Of a stretch of 64,000 bases of DNA, positions 44,901-54,006 are shown piece after piece. A model generated the notes under the pieces. It worked only from the letters and a program-made list of their open reading frames with translations. It was not told where the DNA came from and made no database searches. Every line of letters starts with the position of its first letter. Position 1 is the first letter of the stretch. The stretch comes from a virus (lineage: Duplodnaviria; Heunggongvirae; Uroviricota; Caudoviricetes), in the IMG/VR virus record IMGVR_UViG_3300021399_000101, positions 129,630 through 193,629 of that record; one strand, given 5' to 3'. Made by a program: the position numbers and the translations under genes.

Positions 44901-45047
44901 AACAGGCTCATAAGTTTTATCACTATAAACTGTATTCGTTACGATGCCGGATTTATTTCTAAAGCATTCTTTTATATTAGTAGGAATCCCGTATTTTATT
45001 ATTTTATTTTGTATTGAAGCAACAAATTTTTTCTCTTGTTCGGTCAT
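41946..45047 (-). CDS. terminase large subunit (T4 gp17-like) containing an intein
   Basis: Spliced Walker A KTRQ/CGMST, Walker B LLVLDELAF, nuclease TLDPSQG and HDDSIMAFALA. Confidence 0.93.
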   Translation of the reverse strand: MTEQEKKFVASIQNKIIKYGIPTNIKECFRNKSGIVTNTVYSDKTYEPVDTGIENFLICSSFNYWLSNYAMCDVPNKGTIAFEPYYYQSEMAKEINNYRKVVIDKTRQCLTANNFVMTDRGYISIADAKVGDKIETISDGKLIYTDILNFIPQGKKKVAKVLTNSGLSIEGTLDHKVLTRNGWKEIQDLTVKDEIVSALSLKPFGDFALDDDKLAAFIGYYIADGKYNSPIFVNTNLDYINETIEAARLFENCEPWVYERKSGRNRLQGYDARFVSKGNKNPNLDRPIKKFLHRFGLDVKSVERCLTNELMNLNRHQMSILINRLYAGDGWITHKQDKRRPKYIGYEIGFGSPCFKLIKQLEYILQTQYGIHCWTQYSPFNGNGFWKLRVTQKKSVIKFVNEIGIKGKTDTEEYIALLSQEHPYNTNQSLEKICKITVLEEEQEVFDITTGTHDFLANGLMVHNCGMSTVFALYCLWRLLSKPSENIDVVSLTQAKSFEFVKKFKTTIEIQPPFFMKEIIEDNKQKMRFRHPNGSVSTITSESQTENAGRSDSLSLLVLDELAFYKSDRMVQSIVSAAIPTLTRTSGMQIFISTPNGTVGAGSYYYNQVQEAKMGLDRDTKYLQIGWWEIPDDENMNGPKRGYNKQLAQAISEDYYHKPEVRKKWDDFFDPIGKDPNSNPFLKSQYGSLGEFKYKQEILHEFIISGDRVINPDSMNKIKLKLKNPIMKDYLCLNGAPVKEMHNYWIWKHPEPDGKYICTLDPSQGTSQDRACIQVLDVNNMEQCAEFYGFASTTQLPGMVKDIARIYNDAYVVIEANSIGDGVFNALYYNQNDPYGNVFKQKKSNNGITRFTGWITDTKTRKLMTTEVFDWLTNAEMFSRLHLYSERVYTELQTWIVDSKGKYIHANSCHDDSIMAFALALYNRDKAVTASSGAAGFVDEDGNLINYDRKDFEKKLQEQRQINGKVFEAGKHENELSSILDDGRRKLNLSDTNYAGMYGNQEDFSVGERMGLDRAVQERLGISGMEVYNFLIG
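43656..44723 (-). mobile_element. 356 aa intein with LAGLIDADG endonuclease
   Basis: Starts CLTANNFV, ends LMVHN before a +1 Cys; FIGYYIADG and LYAGDG LAGLIDADG motifs. Confidence 0.92.
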
Positions 45048-45115
45048 ACTCTTACCTTATTATATAAGTAATAAAAAACCCCTCATTTCTGAGGGGCGAA
45101 GAAGTATCGTTTTAT

Positions 45116-45403
45116 TTATTCTTCTTTAGTTCCTTTTTTAAATACAGATTTATAAATATCATACCCAAATACAGCAATAAATGTTGAAGTGATGCCATTG
45201 GAGAAGGATATGATAATGTTCTCTCCAGCCGTTAAACCATAGGCTATATTTAATACTTCGGCAACTATAAAAACCAGAATGGGAAGCAATCTCTTTAGTT
45301 CAAAATTTTTTATTTTTTTGTCTTTGAGGAAACCCTTAAGAAAAGTTCCTATGGCAATTACAGCTGCTCCTATTGCTCCGTTTATGAAATTTAAATTTTC
45401 CAT
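45116..45403 (-). CDS. holin-like membrane protein
   Basis: 95 aa, about 3 TM segments, basic C-tail; AAGATAAT upstream. Confidence 0.65.
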   Translation of the reverse strand: MENLNFINGAIGAAVIAIGTFLKGFLKDKKIKNFELKRLLPILVFIVAEVLNIAYGLTAGENIIISFSNGITSTFIAVFGYDIYKSVFKKGTKEE

Positions 45404-45475
45404 AATGTTCTCTCTCTGTATTATCTTAAAAAATAAACCACCTTTTAAGGCGGCTTATTTTTGAAACTTTAAATT

Positions 45476-46030
45476 TTAAAAGCAGAACCCAACGCAAACT
45501 CCAATGGCTGCGTCTTCCCATCTGTCCTGAACTTCAAAAATCTCATTAAGAGTATTCAAAGTAGCAGTAGTAGGAAGAATTCCCCATACACCTAGATTAA
45601 TATCTCCAAGAAGTACATCAACCTCTGCTCTTACATTAAGAGGGGCATCAAGTATGTTTTCATTCTCAAACTTTGTTTCAAACTTCTCCTTGAAGTCGGT
45701 CATTCCATAAAAGTTTGCCGAAAGACCGGCCTGCAGTCTTAATATTGACACATCAACAGCAAAGTTAGCTGACAAATCTCCGAAAAAAGTTACCGGCTCG
45801 TCTTTCGCAATTGTCGGAAATACTGTTACATTAACTGACGCTAAAGCTACCTTCACATTAGCATAAGCGCCATATCTAAAATCCTCAATTTTAATTTCCT
45901 GTCCGCCGCGAACGCTGGCTATTGTTGAGCCAGTTGTTGCTGTTGCTCCAGCTCCAAAGCTAATCGCCTTAGCAAAAATTGCCATAGGAATAATAGTCAA
46001 AATTAAAAGAACCACTAAAAGTTTCTTCAT
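45476..46030 (-). CDS. secreted outer-membrane beta-barrel-like protein
   Basis: Signal peptide MKKLLVVLLILTIIPMAIFA; alternating amphipathic strands; C-terminal VGFCF ending in Phe. Confidence 0.55.
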   Translation of the reverse strand: MKKLLVVLLILTIIPMAIFAKAISFGAGATATTGSTIASVRGGQEIKIEDFRYGAYANVKVALASVNVTVFPTIAKDEPVTFFGDLSANFAVDVSILRLQAGLSANFYGMTDFKEKFETKFENENILDAPLNVRAEVDVLLGDINLGVWGILPTTATLNTLNEIFEVQDRWEDAAIGVCVGFCF

Positions 46031-46941
46031 TCTTCATTTTCTCCTTCTGACTTAGCCTCTTCATGCGGCTTGTCGTCTTCAAGAAGGCGAGCGCACTCTT
46101 CAGCTTTGTCCTTCAGCTTTTGTCTTATGCCGATTTTTTCAAACAATTTCAGCATAACTTCATTTATAGTATTATGTGGATTATCATTTGTTAACTCTAC
46201 AGAAATTTTGAAAGGTTGCGGCTCATCATCGTAGGCTTCATGCCTAAATGCAGAAAGCATATGCATACACACATTCAATGCGTCGCAATCTGCCTGCAGC
46301 TTTTTTCTCTGTTCAACAAGAGCCTTATCTTTTTCATCTATGGTAATCTCTTGAGTTTCTGGGTCAAGTCCTTTGTAGAATTCATAAATTGACTTATCTG
46401 TATCATAATTTGATATAGCTATTGTAGCGCCATCAATAAAGAAATTACTTACTTCAACTGCATAATTGAGTGGGATATCAAGAGAATATTCTTCGGTTTT
46501 CTTTATCCATTTTTCTTCGGCAACATCATAAATATTATCAAGATTATTTTCTGATGTATGCTCACCATTGGAAAGGATATAAATGTCGATCGGATGGTTT
46601 GTTTCTTCGCCATTTACAACAATTTTATTCCCCTTTGGAATAATATTTATAATTGAATCTCTTTGCTCCTTAGACATATCAGTATATACTGAAATATCAA
46701 TATCAGAATCTTCTGTGTATCTTCTACCAAGCAACGAACCTTTAGCTTCTATTTTATCAATATCAAACTTAAAATTAATTTGATTCCTAAAATTTCTTAG
46801 AATACTATAAATTTGTTTCTTTATTTCTTTATTTATTTTGCCATTTTCGTCTATAAGCCAAGTGGCACGTTCTTTCTGAGGTGGATCCAATATAGATTCA
46901 TTTATTCCTTCAACTTTATTAAAAATATTTTTAAGTTTCAT
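46027..46941 (-). CDS. Pol-beta-superfamily nucleotidyltransferase
   Basis: KGSLLG...EDSDIDI and a third Asp in PIDIY. Confidence 0.75.
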   Translation of the reverse strand: MKLKNIFNKVEGINESILDPPQKERATWLIDENGKINKEIKKQIYSILRNFRNQINFKFDIDKIEAKGSLLGRRYTEDSDIDISVYTDMSKEQRDSIINIIPKGNKIVVNGEETNHPIDIYILSNGEHTSENNLDNIYDVAEEKWIKKTEEYSLDIPLNYAVEVSNFFIDGATIAISNYDTDKSIYEFYKGLDPETQEITIDEKDKALVEQRKKLQADCDALNVCMHMLSAFRHEAYDDEPQPFKISVELTNDNPHNTINEVMLKLFEKIGIRQKLKDKAEECARLLEDDKPHEEAKSEGENEE

Positions 46942-47831
46942 AATATTTCCCTATCAAGTATATCTTCAATAAAATCATATTGACTATATCTTATTCTCAA
47001 TAATTTGACTTTATTTTCTTCGCATAATTTTTCTTTTTGAGCATCTTTTAAAAGTGTATATTTAAATCTTGTGTCTGCTTCGCTTGCAGTCATATTTCCA
47101 AACTGTACAGGCTTAAAATGTTGCTCGCCATCATATTCAATAATTAAATTATAATCTGGTAAATAAAAATCAGGCCGTAACCCTTCTAAAAAAATTAAAC
47201 ACTCTTTATTTTGGATGTAATTAATATTTCTTCTTACTAAATAATTTCTTATTTTTCTTTCGCCTTTTGATTCTTTACAGCCAGGGCAACCGCATCCTCT
47301 TAAATGTAAATTAGGACTTTGATAAAATCTCCCATGTTTTGGGCAAATAATACAAACTTTGGTATAATTGTTAATATATTTCACCTCAGAATAATCATAT
47401 TTATCACCGTGAATTATTTTTGATTCTTCAATAAATTCTTTATTAGATTTATATTTTGAACAATACGGGCAACCCTGTCCTCCTAAAAAATTGTTTGGGG
47501 ATTTTAAAAACAGGCCATGTTCAGGGCAAATTAATTTTACTTTAATATTATTTCTAACATATTCTACTTTAGAATAATCATATTTATCACCGTGAACTAT
47601 TCTGGCTTTATTTATAAAATCTACTGTATTTAGAACTTCAAAACCAGAACATTTAGGGCAACCATGATTACTAAGATGAGAACTCGCTTCTTGCCAAAAT
47701 TCTCCATGTTCAGGACATATAATACATACCTTGGTTTTAGCATTTATATAATTGACTTTAGAATAATCATATTTATCACCGTGAATTATTCTGGCTTTAT
47801 TTATAAAATCTTCTGTGGTCAATTTTTTCAT
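46938..47831 (-). mobile_element. free-standing homing endonuclease (three DUF723-type repeats)
   Basis: Same repeat and PDFYLPDYNLIIEYDGEQHF as 35011 and 41384. Confidence 0.85.
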
Positions 47832-47953
47832 TTTAATTCTCTCTAATTAACTTAGATTTGCTTTTTAAACAAAACTATTTTACAACCTTATTTTATAAAA
47901 TTTAAAATATTTTGTCAAGTAAAATAATTATACCCGCCTAAGCGGGTATCTTT

Positions 47954-48388
47954 CTAACTATTTAAAATTTCGGTAGCCAGTCTATCCATATTTATACCGG
48001 TTTCTCTTGGCGACAAATTCAAGGACACCAAGGAATTTCCCTGGGCAGCTTTCATTTTCTGCTTATTTCTAAGTTCAAGAAGTTTAATTAAATTATTAGT
48101 AGCACTAATTCTATGAGCAACTGCATCCGACAAAACTGTTTTAGCTTCTGGAGAACGGTCTTTTTCAAAATTTAGCCTGTCCTCCATTGTTTTATAAAGT
48201 TCATCTGCTTTTTGCTTATCACTCAAAGCTGTTGAAAAAACAGCAGCTATCATAGCATCATCATCATCCACAGAAATATCAGTGCCGCCAAAATTTACAG
48301 TAATTGCATCTTTATTCTCTGTTGGAGTCACTTCTTTTTCTTTTACGCCAATTTCAGCAAGGAAACTATCTATAGAATTATCATCCAT
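47954..48388 (-). CDS. hypothetical protein
   Basis: 144 aa ORF coupled to the sigma gene. Confidence 0.7.
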   Translation of the reverse strand: MDDNSIDSFLAEIGVKEKEVTPTENKDAITVNFGGTDISVDDDDAMIAAVFSTALSDKQKADELYKTMEDRLNFEKDRSPEAKTVLSDAVAHRISATNNLIKLLELRNKQKMKAAQGNSLVSLNLSPRETGINMDRLATEILNS

Positions 48389-49116
48389 TATTCTTCCACC
48401 TGAACAGACATAGATGTTTGTTCGTTAATTCTATCTTCAACATCCACATCTATTATACTCGAAATTTCATTATAATATTTACGTATGTCGTTTATATACA
48501 TTCTTACATCACTTGCTCTTAATGAATAATTACCGCAAAACCTATACATATCTGTTTTTGATATATATGCTTTTGTTTTCATAATATAATCACATATAAC
48601 ATCAGTTATAAGATTATATTTCTTTCTTTTTTTACTTAAAAAGTTGCAATCAACGACATCATACAACACAGCTCTTAAGTCATATACAAACTCTTCAATA
48701 TTGGGAACTTTGGGAGAATGTATGGCATCACCTAAATCTTCAAGGTAAACATTTTTTTCGCGCTTCTTTGAATTTCTTGTAGTAACACCATAAAGGCATT
48801 TCTTTACTATAAGAGAAAAGAAATTAAATGATGAACCAAATTGCGGGTCAAATTTTAAATAGTTTTGAAAACATGCCATTATGCCCAAAGACTCAAGTTC
48901 ATCATATTCCATGTAACGGTCATACCTATAAAGAAATATGATAGCCTTAACAACCTTCATAACTTCTATAGTTATTTGAGTTTCAAGGTGCTCTATTCTT
49001 GGTGTTTTATTTATTACTATTTTATGCCCTTTAGCGTCTTGAGTTGTTTCAGCAATTTGCTGATACTCAAGCAACATGTCATTGACATAATCTTCATTAT
49101 AATAGTTTTTTGCCAT
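48388..49116 (-). CDS. phage sigma factor (T4 gp55-like, late transcription)
   Basis: KNYYNE start; DELESLGIMACFQNYLKFDPQFGSSFNFFSLI sigma region-2 pattern. Confidence 0.7.
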   Translation of the reverse strand: MAKNYYNEDYVNDMLLEYQQIAETTQDAKGHKIVINKTPRIEHLETQITIEVMKVVKAIIFLYRYDRYMEYDELESLGIMACFQNYLKFDPQFGSSFNFFSLIVKKCLYGVTTRNSKKREKNVYLEDLGDAIHSPKVPNIEEFVYDLRAVLYDVVDCNFLSKKRKKYNLITDVICDYIMKTKAYISKTDMYRFCGNYSLRASDVRMYINDIRKYYNEISSIIDVDVEDRINEQTSMSVQVEE

Positions 49117-49128
49117 TAAACTTTCTCT

Positions 49129-49644
49129 TTACTCATTAGTGGCGCTTAATGAAGAATAAGTTAAAATCCTCATGTCCACTGCTTCTTTGTCAAAATCGTT
49201 TGGAAGTGCCTGCTTATTCAATCTCATTACTATTGAAAAAGAAGGGCTCCCCAAAGGTTTACTTACCAAAACACCTACACAGTTGTTATCTGACGGGCCA
49301 TAATCAAAAGTAAACTGAATTTCATCCTTTGTCGAAAGATATTTTGCGTTCTCTGGGTCCATAAATGCGAACAGCATCTGCGCCAAAATTTCTCTTGTCG
49401 GAACTCCATCCTTAGTAGAGTTTTTCATTTTTTTAGTCTCTTCGTTAATTATGTAATTAATTACATCCTCAACAGACATAATATTCTGATAGATATCTTT
49501 TTCAAGAGAAAGGCGTCCCTCGCCTTTAGCCTTAAAATTTCCATTATCAACTCTGATATTTAAACTATAATTTATTTTGATAACTTGATTGTTTATAGCT
49601 TCAGTTATTACATTATAATGCTCATAAAGCTTCTTCAATTTCAT
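49129..49644 (-). CDS. hypothetical protein (possible head protein)
   Basis: MKLKKLYEHYNVITE start. Confidence 0.65.
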   Translation of the reverse strand: MKLKKLYEHYNVITEAINNQVIKINYSLNIRVDNGNFKAKGEGRLSLEKDIYQNIMSVEDVINYIINEETKKMKNSTKDGVPTREILAQMLFAFMDPENAKYLSTKDEIQFTFDYGPSDNNCVGVLVSKPLGSPSFSIVMRLNKQALPNDFDKEAVDMRILTYSSLSATNE

Positions 49645-49843
49645 TTTTTTCTCCAATATCTTCAGCAATGTCGGTTAATCTATTAATAAATAAAATGAAG
49701 TGTTTTAAGCCGCCGTCAAATACGAAGCCGGTTTTAGATGGATTATCTGTTTCATAAATCTCTATAGAACCGCCAAGATTCTCAATCGTATAATCAGTTT
49801 TGTTTGCTACAAAAGTGTATTCGTTGTCTTCTTTGTAATACAT
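49622..49843 (-). CDS. hypothetical protein
   Basis: GAGG RBS; CTTATATA motif upstream. Confidence 0.6.
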   Translation of the reverse strand: MYYKEDNEYTFVANKTDYTIENLGGSIEIYETDNPSKTGFVFDGGLKHFILFINRLTDIAEDIGEKNEIEEAL

Positions 49844-49932
49844 TTTTTCCTCTATCTACATATTATATAAGATACGACATGACAATAAAAGGCAGAGCTT
49901 ATCAGCCCTGCCTAATTTTATAAGAAAGGTAT

Positions 49933-52900
49933 TTATTTTCTTCTGTCTCTGAATCTTGGTTCAGCAATAAGTTTATAAAGTTCCTCATCTCCATTCTGCA
50001 AAGCGTCATAAAGTTCTTTAATTTCTTCGTCAGTATATTTCCTATTAGGAATATTAACTGTCTTAGGAATCTGAAGTCTCCTCTTAAGCATCTCTGGAAT
50101 CGGCAACTTGTCAATCGAAGCCTGAACAGCTTTGTACATGTTTTCAACTGGAGAAGCAGCTTGTGCCTGAGCTTCTGGCTTTTCTTGAGCTTTTGGCTCT
50201 TCTGGAGTATAATATTCATCATACTTATCAGCCTCAGCTTTTTTTGCCTGCTCCGGATGAAGCTTTGCATACTTCTCTTTTATGATTCTGTGCTTCTCAG
50301 CAGCAGCCTTTAAATCATTGAAAGCTCCAGAATTAGCGCTCTTCTCAAGAAGCTCAACAGCAATCAACCTATCCATTGTAGCTTCAATTACTTTCTTGGC
50401 AATGGTTTCAATATTGGCATCTATTTTCCAATCAACTTCCTTGCCCTTAGAAATCAGTTCATTTCTATTCTCAATTGCCTTACGCAAGCTGCTGTTTAAC
50501 AAGTCATATTTACCAGCAAAAGCCGAATCTCCAGTTTCATCGAACCTGTCTTGATACATTTTCTTTAAAGCTGGTGCTAATTTGTCATTCGGCACTGCTT
50601 CATTTTCCTTCTTGAACTCCTGCATTTTTTTGGAATCGACTGGTTTGCTTGCAGAATCAAGAACTGTTCTAGCAATTTCAAAATTATTAGGAACTGATAA
50701 GAACTCTGCAGCCTTATCCTCAACAATAGCCTTGTTAAGAGCATTTAAGAAAGAGATATATTCGCTCTTAAGTTTTTCAACCTCTTTTGGAATTGAAGCT
50801 GAAGAAGTTGTTTTTTCTTTTCTGAGACCGCTCAGCTTATCTCTTGCGACTTTGCTTTCTTTAAACCATTTTTCAAGCTTTACGAAATTGCTATATGGGA
50901 AATCAACTTCAGACTTAAGCTCGTCCAAAATCTGTTTATCAGTAAGGTTTTCGTCTTTATGCTCTTTATTGAAATCCATCAAACCAAGAACAATATTGTT
51001 CAAGAACTTTGACATATAGGCGCCAAGAATCTTATTCTTAGTTGCTTCATAATATTCAGAGCCAAGCGTTTCAGCCTTGTCAAGATTTTTCTTCTGTTCA
51101 AAAGTCAAGTCATTCATTGCTGCCTTTTCAATAAAAGGAGGAATAAATCTACTTCTGAACTCTTTCATCGGAACCATATATCTTTCAGACTTTGTAAGGT
51201 TAGGATTATCTTTTGCAATTCCAGTAACACGAGGTTTTTCCATTAAAGGAACTCCAGAGTCACCATTCTTTCTTATATCAGCAGCAAAAGGAACTATAAA
51301 CTTACTTGTAAGAATATAATTGTCTATATCAGAAATAATCTTCTTATACTTCTCAATCCTATCTCTAATTTTCTTTAAAGCAGCTGCGTCGCCCTCAAGT
51401 TTTTGAGGTGGTTCAACTTTCTTTTCTTCTTTTGCTTTTGGCTCTTCTTTCTTTACTTCACCAGAAAGGGAAGCATCTTCTCCGCCAAGGGCTGAAAGAA
51501 TCTCTGTTCTATTTTTAGCATTATCAGCAAAAGCCTTTAATTCTTTGGAAACGCCCTCGCCTATTTTTCCGGACTTCTCAAGAGCATTAAAAGTTCTTGA
51601 AAGTCCATATCTTCTCATTTGGTCATATGCTTTTCCGACAGTATCAAACTTTGTATAGGTGCTTTGGTCTTTAATATTATTAAAATACTTTACTAAAGCA
51701 TCTTTGTAATTTTTGTCTTTAATGTCTGCTAAAATGTCTAAATTAACATCTTTAACAGCCATTTCCGTCAAAACATCTTCTGTAATATCATCAAAAACCT
51801 GCTTAGGTCTTGTAGCATATACATAATAGAAGGAAGGAATAGTTTTAGTACTACCTACCTTAGGAGTCTTATCCTTTATAGTCCATCCCTCGGCTTCATA
51901 TTTTTCAATGCCCTTAAGAAGAGTTTCAACAGTCTTGGCAGCAACCTTTTTTCTTTCCGTAGTTATATTTCTTTTCTTTGCAACATAATCAGGGTTACCT
52001 TCATATTCTACGCCATCAATAAGTTTGTCGACGTTCTGTATACCGAACGTCTTCATCTCTTGCGTTGAACCCTCTGGAATCTGACCCTTCTTCTCAAGTG
52101 CAGAGAATGTTCTGGCAATTCCGAAAGTAAGCATGTGCTTAAATGCAGATTTTGTATCTTTCTTGCCGGCATAAGAAGGCTGGCTCTTAACAATATCAAA
52201 ATATAAAACAAGAGCCTTACCATAGTCTTTTGCTTTTATGGCGTTGAGGATTTCAGAAGTAACGTCTTTGGCAGCCATTTCTGAAATAATCTCTTCCTTG
52301 ATTGGGTTCTTCATGTTTTTCTTGGCATCAATAGAGCGAAGCCTATTAGCTATTTCAGGGTCTGACTTCTTGAGTGCCTTAAGAGCGTTTATATTTTTGG
52401 CATCATCGTCAATAAAATACACATAATCATAATTATACTCTTTAGCATATTTTCTAAGAACGTTTTGCTTCTTCTCGAAATCAGTCGCGCCAGGATATGG
52501 GTAGTCATCATCATTTACGCAATGGACATTTGCTGCAGGAATTCTTACAGGAATAAGATTTCCATTTTCATCCCTAACCCTCAAGAAAGCTCTGATAGCC
52601 TTTCTGACAGCATCAGCGCAACCACGAGCAGTAAGAATACCCAAATCATATCCGCCATTATAGAAAGCATCAACAACCTTCAGATTGTTTAAAAGAGGCG
52701 CGCCGTTTTTTATAGACAAATAAACCTTATTAGGGTCTCTAAAATCTCTGTAATCATAATACTTCTTAGTCTCTGGAGTAACATGCTCTTTGGCATACTC
52801 TGCAGATGTCAATGCAACCTCTTTTTTATCAGTAGGCAACTTCCTATAAATTTTAAGTAAAGAAGAGTCCGATTTTAAAAGAGTGTCGTCTATATCAATA

Positions 52901-52974
52901 AGAAGAATACCGGTCTTTCCCTCAGGTATTTTCTCTTCTTTTAAAACAGATTTAAATATATTCAAAAGATTCAT
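49933..52974 (-). CDS. 1013 aa multidomain protein: HAD phosphatase plus duplicated ~85 aa module
   Basis: LIDIDDTLL, ILTARG, FIDDD HAD motifs; two copies of EMA.KDV...KDY..AL..YF...RTF.ALEK.G. Confidence 0.75.
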   Translation of the reverse strand: MNLLNIFKSVLKEEKIPEGKTGILLIDIDDTLLKSDSSLLKIYRKLPTDKKEVALTSAEYAKEHVTPETKKYYDYRDFRDPNKVYLSIKNGAPLLNNLKVVDAFYNGGYDLGILTARGCADAVRKAIRAFLRVRDENGNLIPVRIPAANVHCVNDDDYPYPGATDFEKKQNVLRKYAKEYNYDYVYFIDDDAKNINALKALKKSDPEIANRLRSIDAKKNMKNPIKEEIISEMAAKDVTSEILNAIKAKDYGKALVLYFDIVKSQPSYAGKKDTKSAFKHMLTFGIARTFSALEKKGQIPEGSTQEMKTFGIQNVDKLIDGVEYEGNPDYVAKKRNITTERKKVAAKTVETLLKGIEKYEAEGWTIKDKTPKVGSTKTIPSFYYVYATRPKQVFDDITEDVLTEMAVKDVNLDILADIKDKNYKDALVKYFNNIKDQSTYTKFDTVGKAYDQMRRYGLSRTFNALEKSGKIGEGVSKELKAFADNAKNRTEILSALGGEDASLSGEVKKEEPKAKEEKKVEPPQKLEGDAAALKKIRDRIEKYKKIISDIDNYILTSKFIVPFAADIRKNGDSGVPLMEKPRVTGIAKDNPNLTKSERYMVPMKEFRSRFIPPFIEKAAMNDLTFEQKKNLDKAETLGSEYYEATKNKILGAYMSKFLNNIVLGLMDFNKEHKDENLTDKQILDELKSEVDFPYSNFVKLEKWFKESKVARDKLSGLRKEKTTSSASIPKEVEKLKSEYISFLNALNKAIVEDKAAEFLSVPNNFEIARTVLDSASKPVDSKKMQEFKKENEAVPNDKLAPALKKMYQDRFDETGDSAFAGKYDLLNSSLRKAIENRNELISKGKEVDWKIDANIETIAKKVIEATMDRLIAVELLEKSANSGAFNDLKAAAEKHRIIKEKYAKLHPEQAKKAEADKYDEYYTPEEPKAQEKPEAQAQAASPVENMYKAVQASIDKLPIPEMLKRRLQIPKTVNIPNRKYTDEEIKELYDALQNGDEELYKLIAEPRFRDRRK

Positions 52975-53075
52975 AACTACGTTTTCCTTCTAATATTAAC
53001 TTTCATTCAGTGCTATATTTATATAAGACAAACCCCACCAGAAAATGGTGGGGTTTGTCTTATAAGAAGATTTTA

Positions 53076-53498
53076 CTATTTAAGAAGTTTTGTTATCAAC
53101 GTTGTAACAACAGTTACAGTTGCACCGCCGAGCAAAACGACAACAATCCATCTAGCAAAATTAAATACTTTGTCTTTTGTAGAGGCAACTATTTTTTTTT
53201 CAATTCTATCTTCAATGAAGCTTTCAAGATTGTCAACACCATCAAGCTTTTTATCAAGAACTTCAACTTTATTGTTGAGCGAACCAACTTTGGTATTAAC
53301 CATGTCTATCTTATCATTCATTTGCTTGAACTCAAGTTGTATCTTTGTGTCCATAGCGTCTATCTTTTCTTCTATTCTTTCTACCATAGCATCCAGCCTC
53401 AGGTCAAACGTTTTAGATAAATGATTTATATCGGCCGCGTTTTTTATTCCTACCGGGCAAGATTCATATTCGTGATTAGTCATACGCGCATTTTCCAT
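53076..53498 (-). CDS. coiled-coil protein with C-terminal TM helix (XhlA/holin-like)
   Basis: Heptad repeats then WIVVVLLGGATVTVV. Confidence 0.55.
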   Translation of the reverse strand: MENARMTNHEYESCPVGIKNAADINHLSKTFDLRLDAMVERIEEKIDAMDTKIQLEFKQMNDKIDMVNTKVGSLNNKVEVLDKKLDGVDNLESFIEDRIEKKIVASTKDKVFNFARWIVVVLLGGATVTVVTTLITKLLK

Positions 53499-53729
53499 GA
53501 TGCCTAACTATGTCAGACCGAAGAATTTCTCTTCATTATTATCTTGCATTCACAGATTATACTTTTTAAGCTAAAATTATTTTCAATACCCGAAATTATT
53601 TTCATTATTAACTTTGAAAGCCAATCTACTTTTGCAAAAAAATTAAGCCTAATTAAACGCACTTAATATTAACTATACATATATATCTACTGGTATTATC
53701 TTAAAAGATAATTAAAGAGGAACATTATT

Positions 53730-53978
53730 ATGAATTTAAATGATTTATTAATAGAGGCTAAACTTAAAGCCATACTCAAAGCAGATAAGAAATTCACCCC
53801 TAAAGTATTAGCAAAAATTGAAAGCACAGGACTGAGAGGGGAAGAATTATATAATCTAAAGAAAACAGCTTTAGTACATATTGATTCTGGAATATCAGAA
53901 AAAAACCTTCTTAAATTTATTGACGACTATATGAAATTAGTAACTTATGTTCATAAGCACGGAAAGCAATTAGTATAA
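53730..53978 (+). CDS. hypothetical late protein
   Basis: AAGATAAT at 53705-53712, GAGG RBS; MNLNDLLIE start. Confidence 0.65.
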   Translation: MNLNDLLIEAKLKAILKADKKFTPKVLAKIESTGLRGEELYNLKKTALVHIDSGISEKNLLKFIDDYMKLVTYVHKHGKQLV

Positions 53979-54006
53979 TCAGTCAAGTTAATATAGAGGT
54001 AAAAAA

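Noticed and set aside
53010-53420. 136 aa plus-strand ORF
   Set aside because: Antisense to the better supported coiled-coil/TM gene at 53076-53498 and spans a terminator hairpin.
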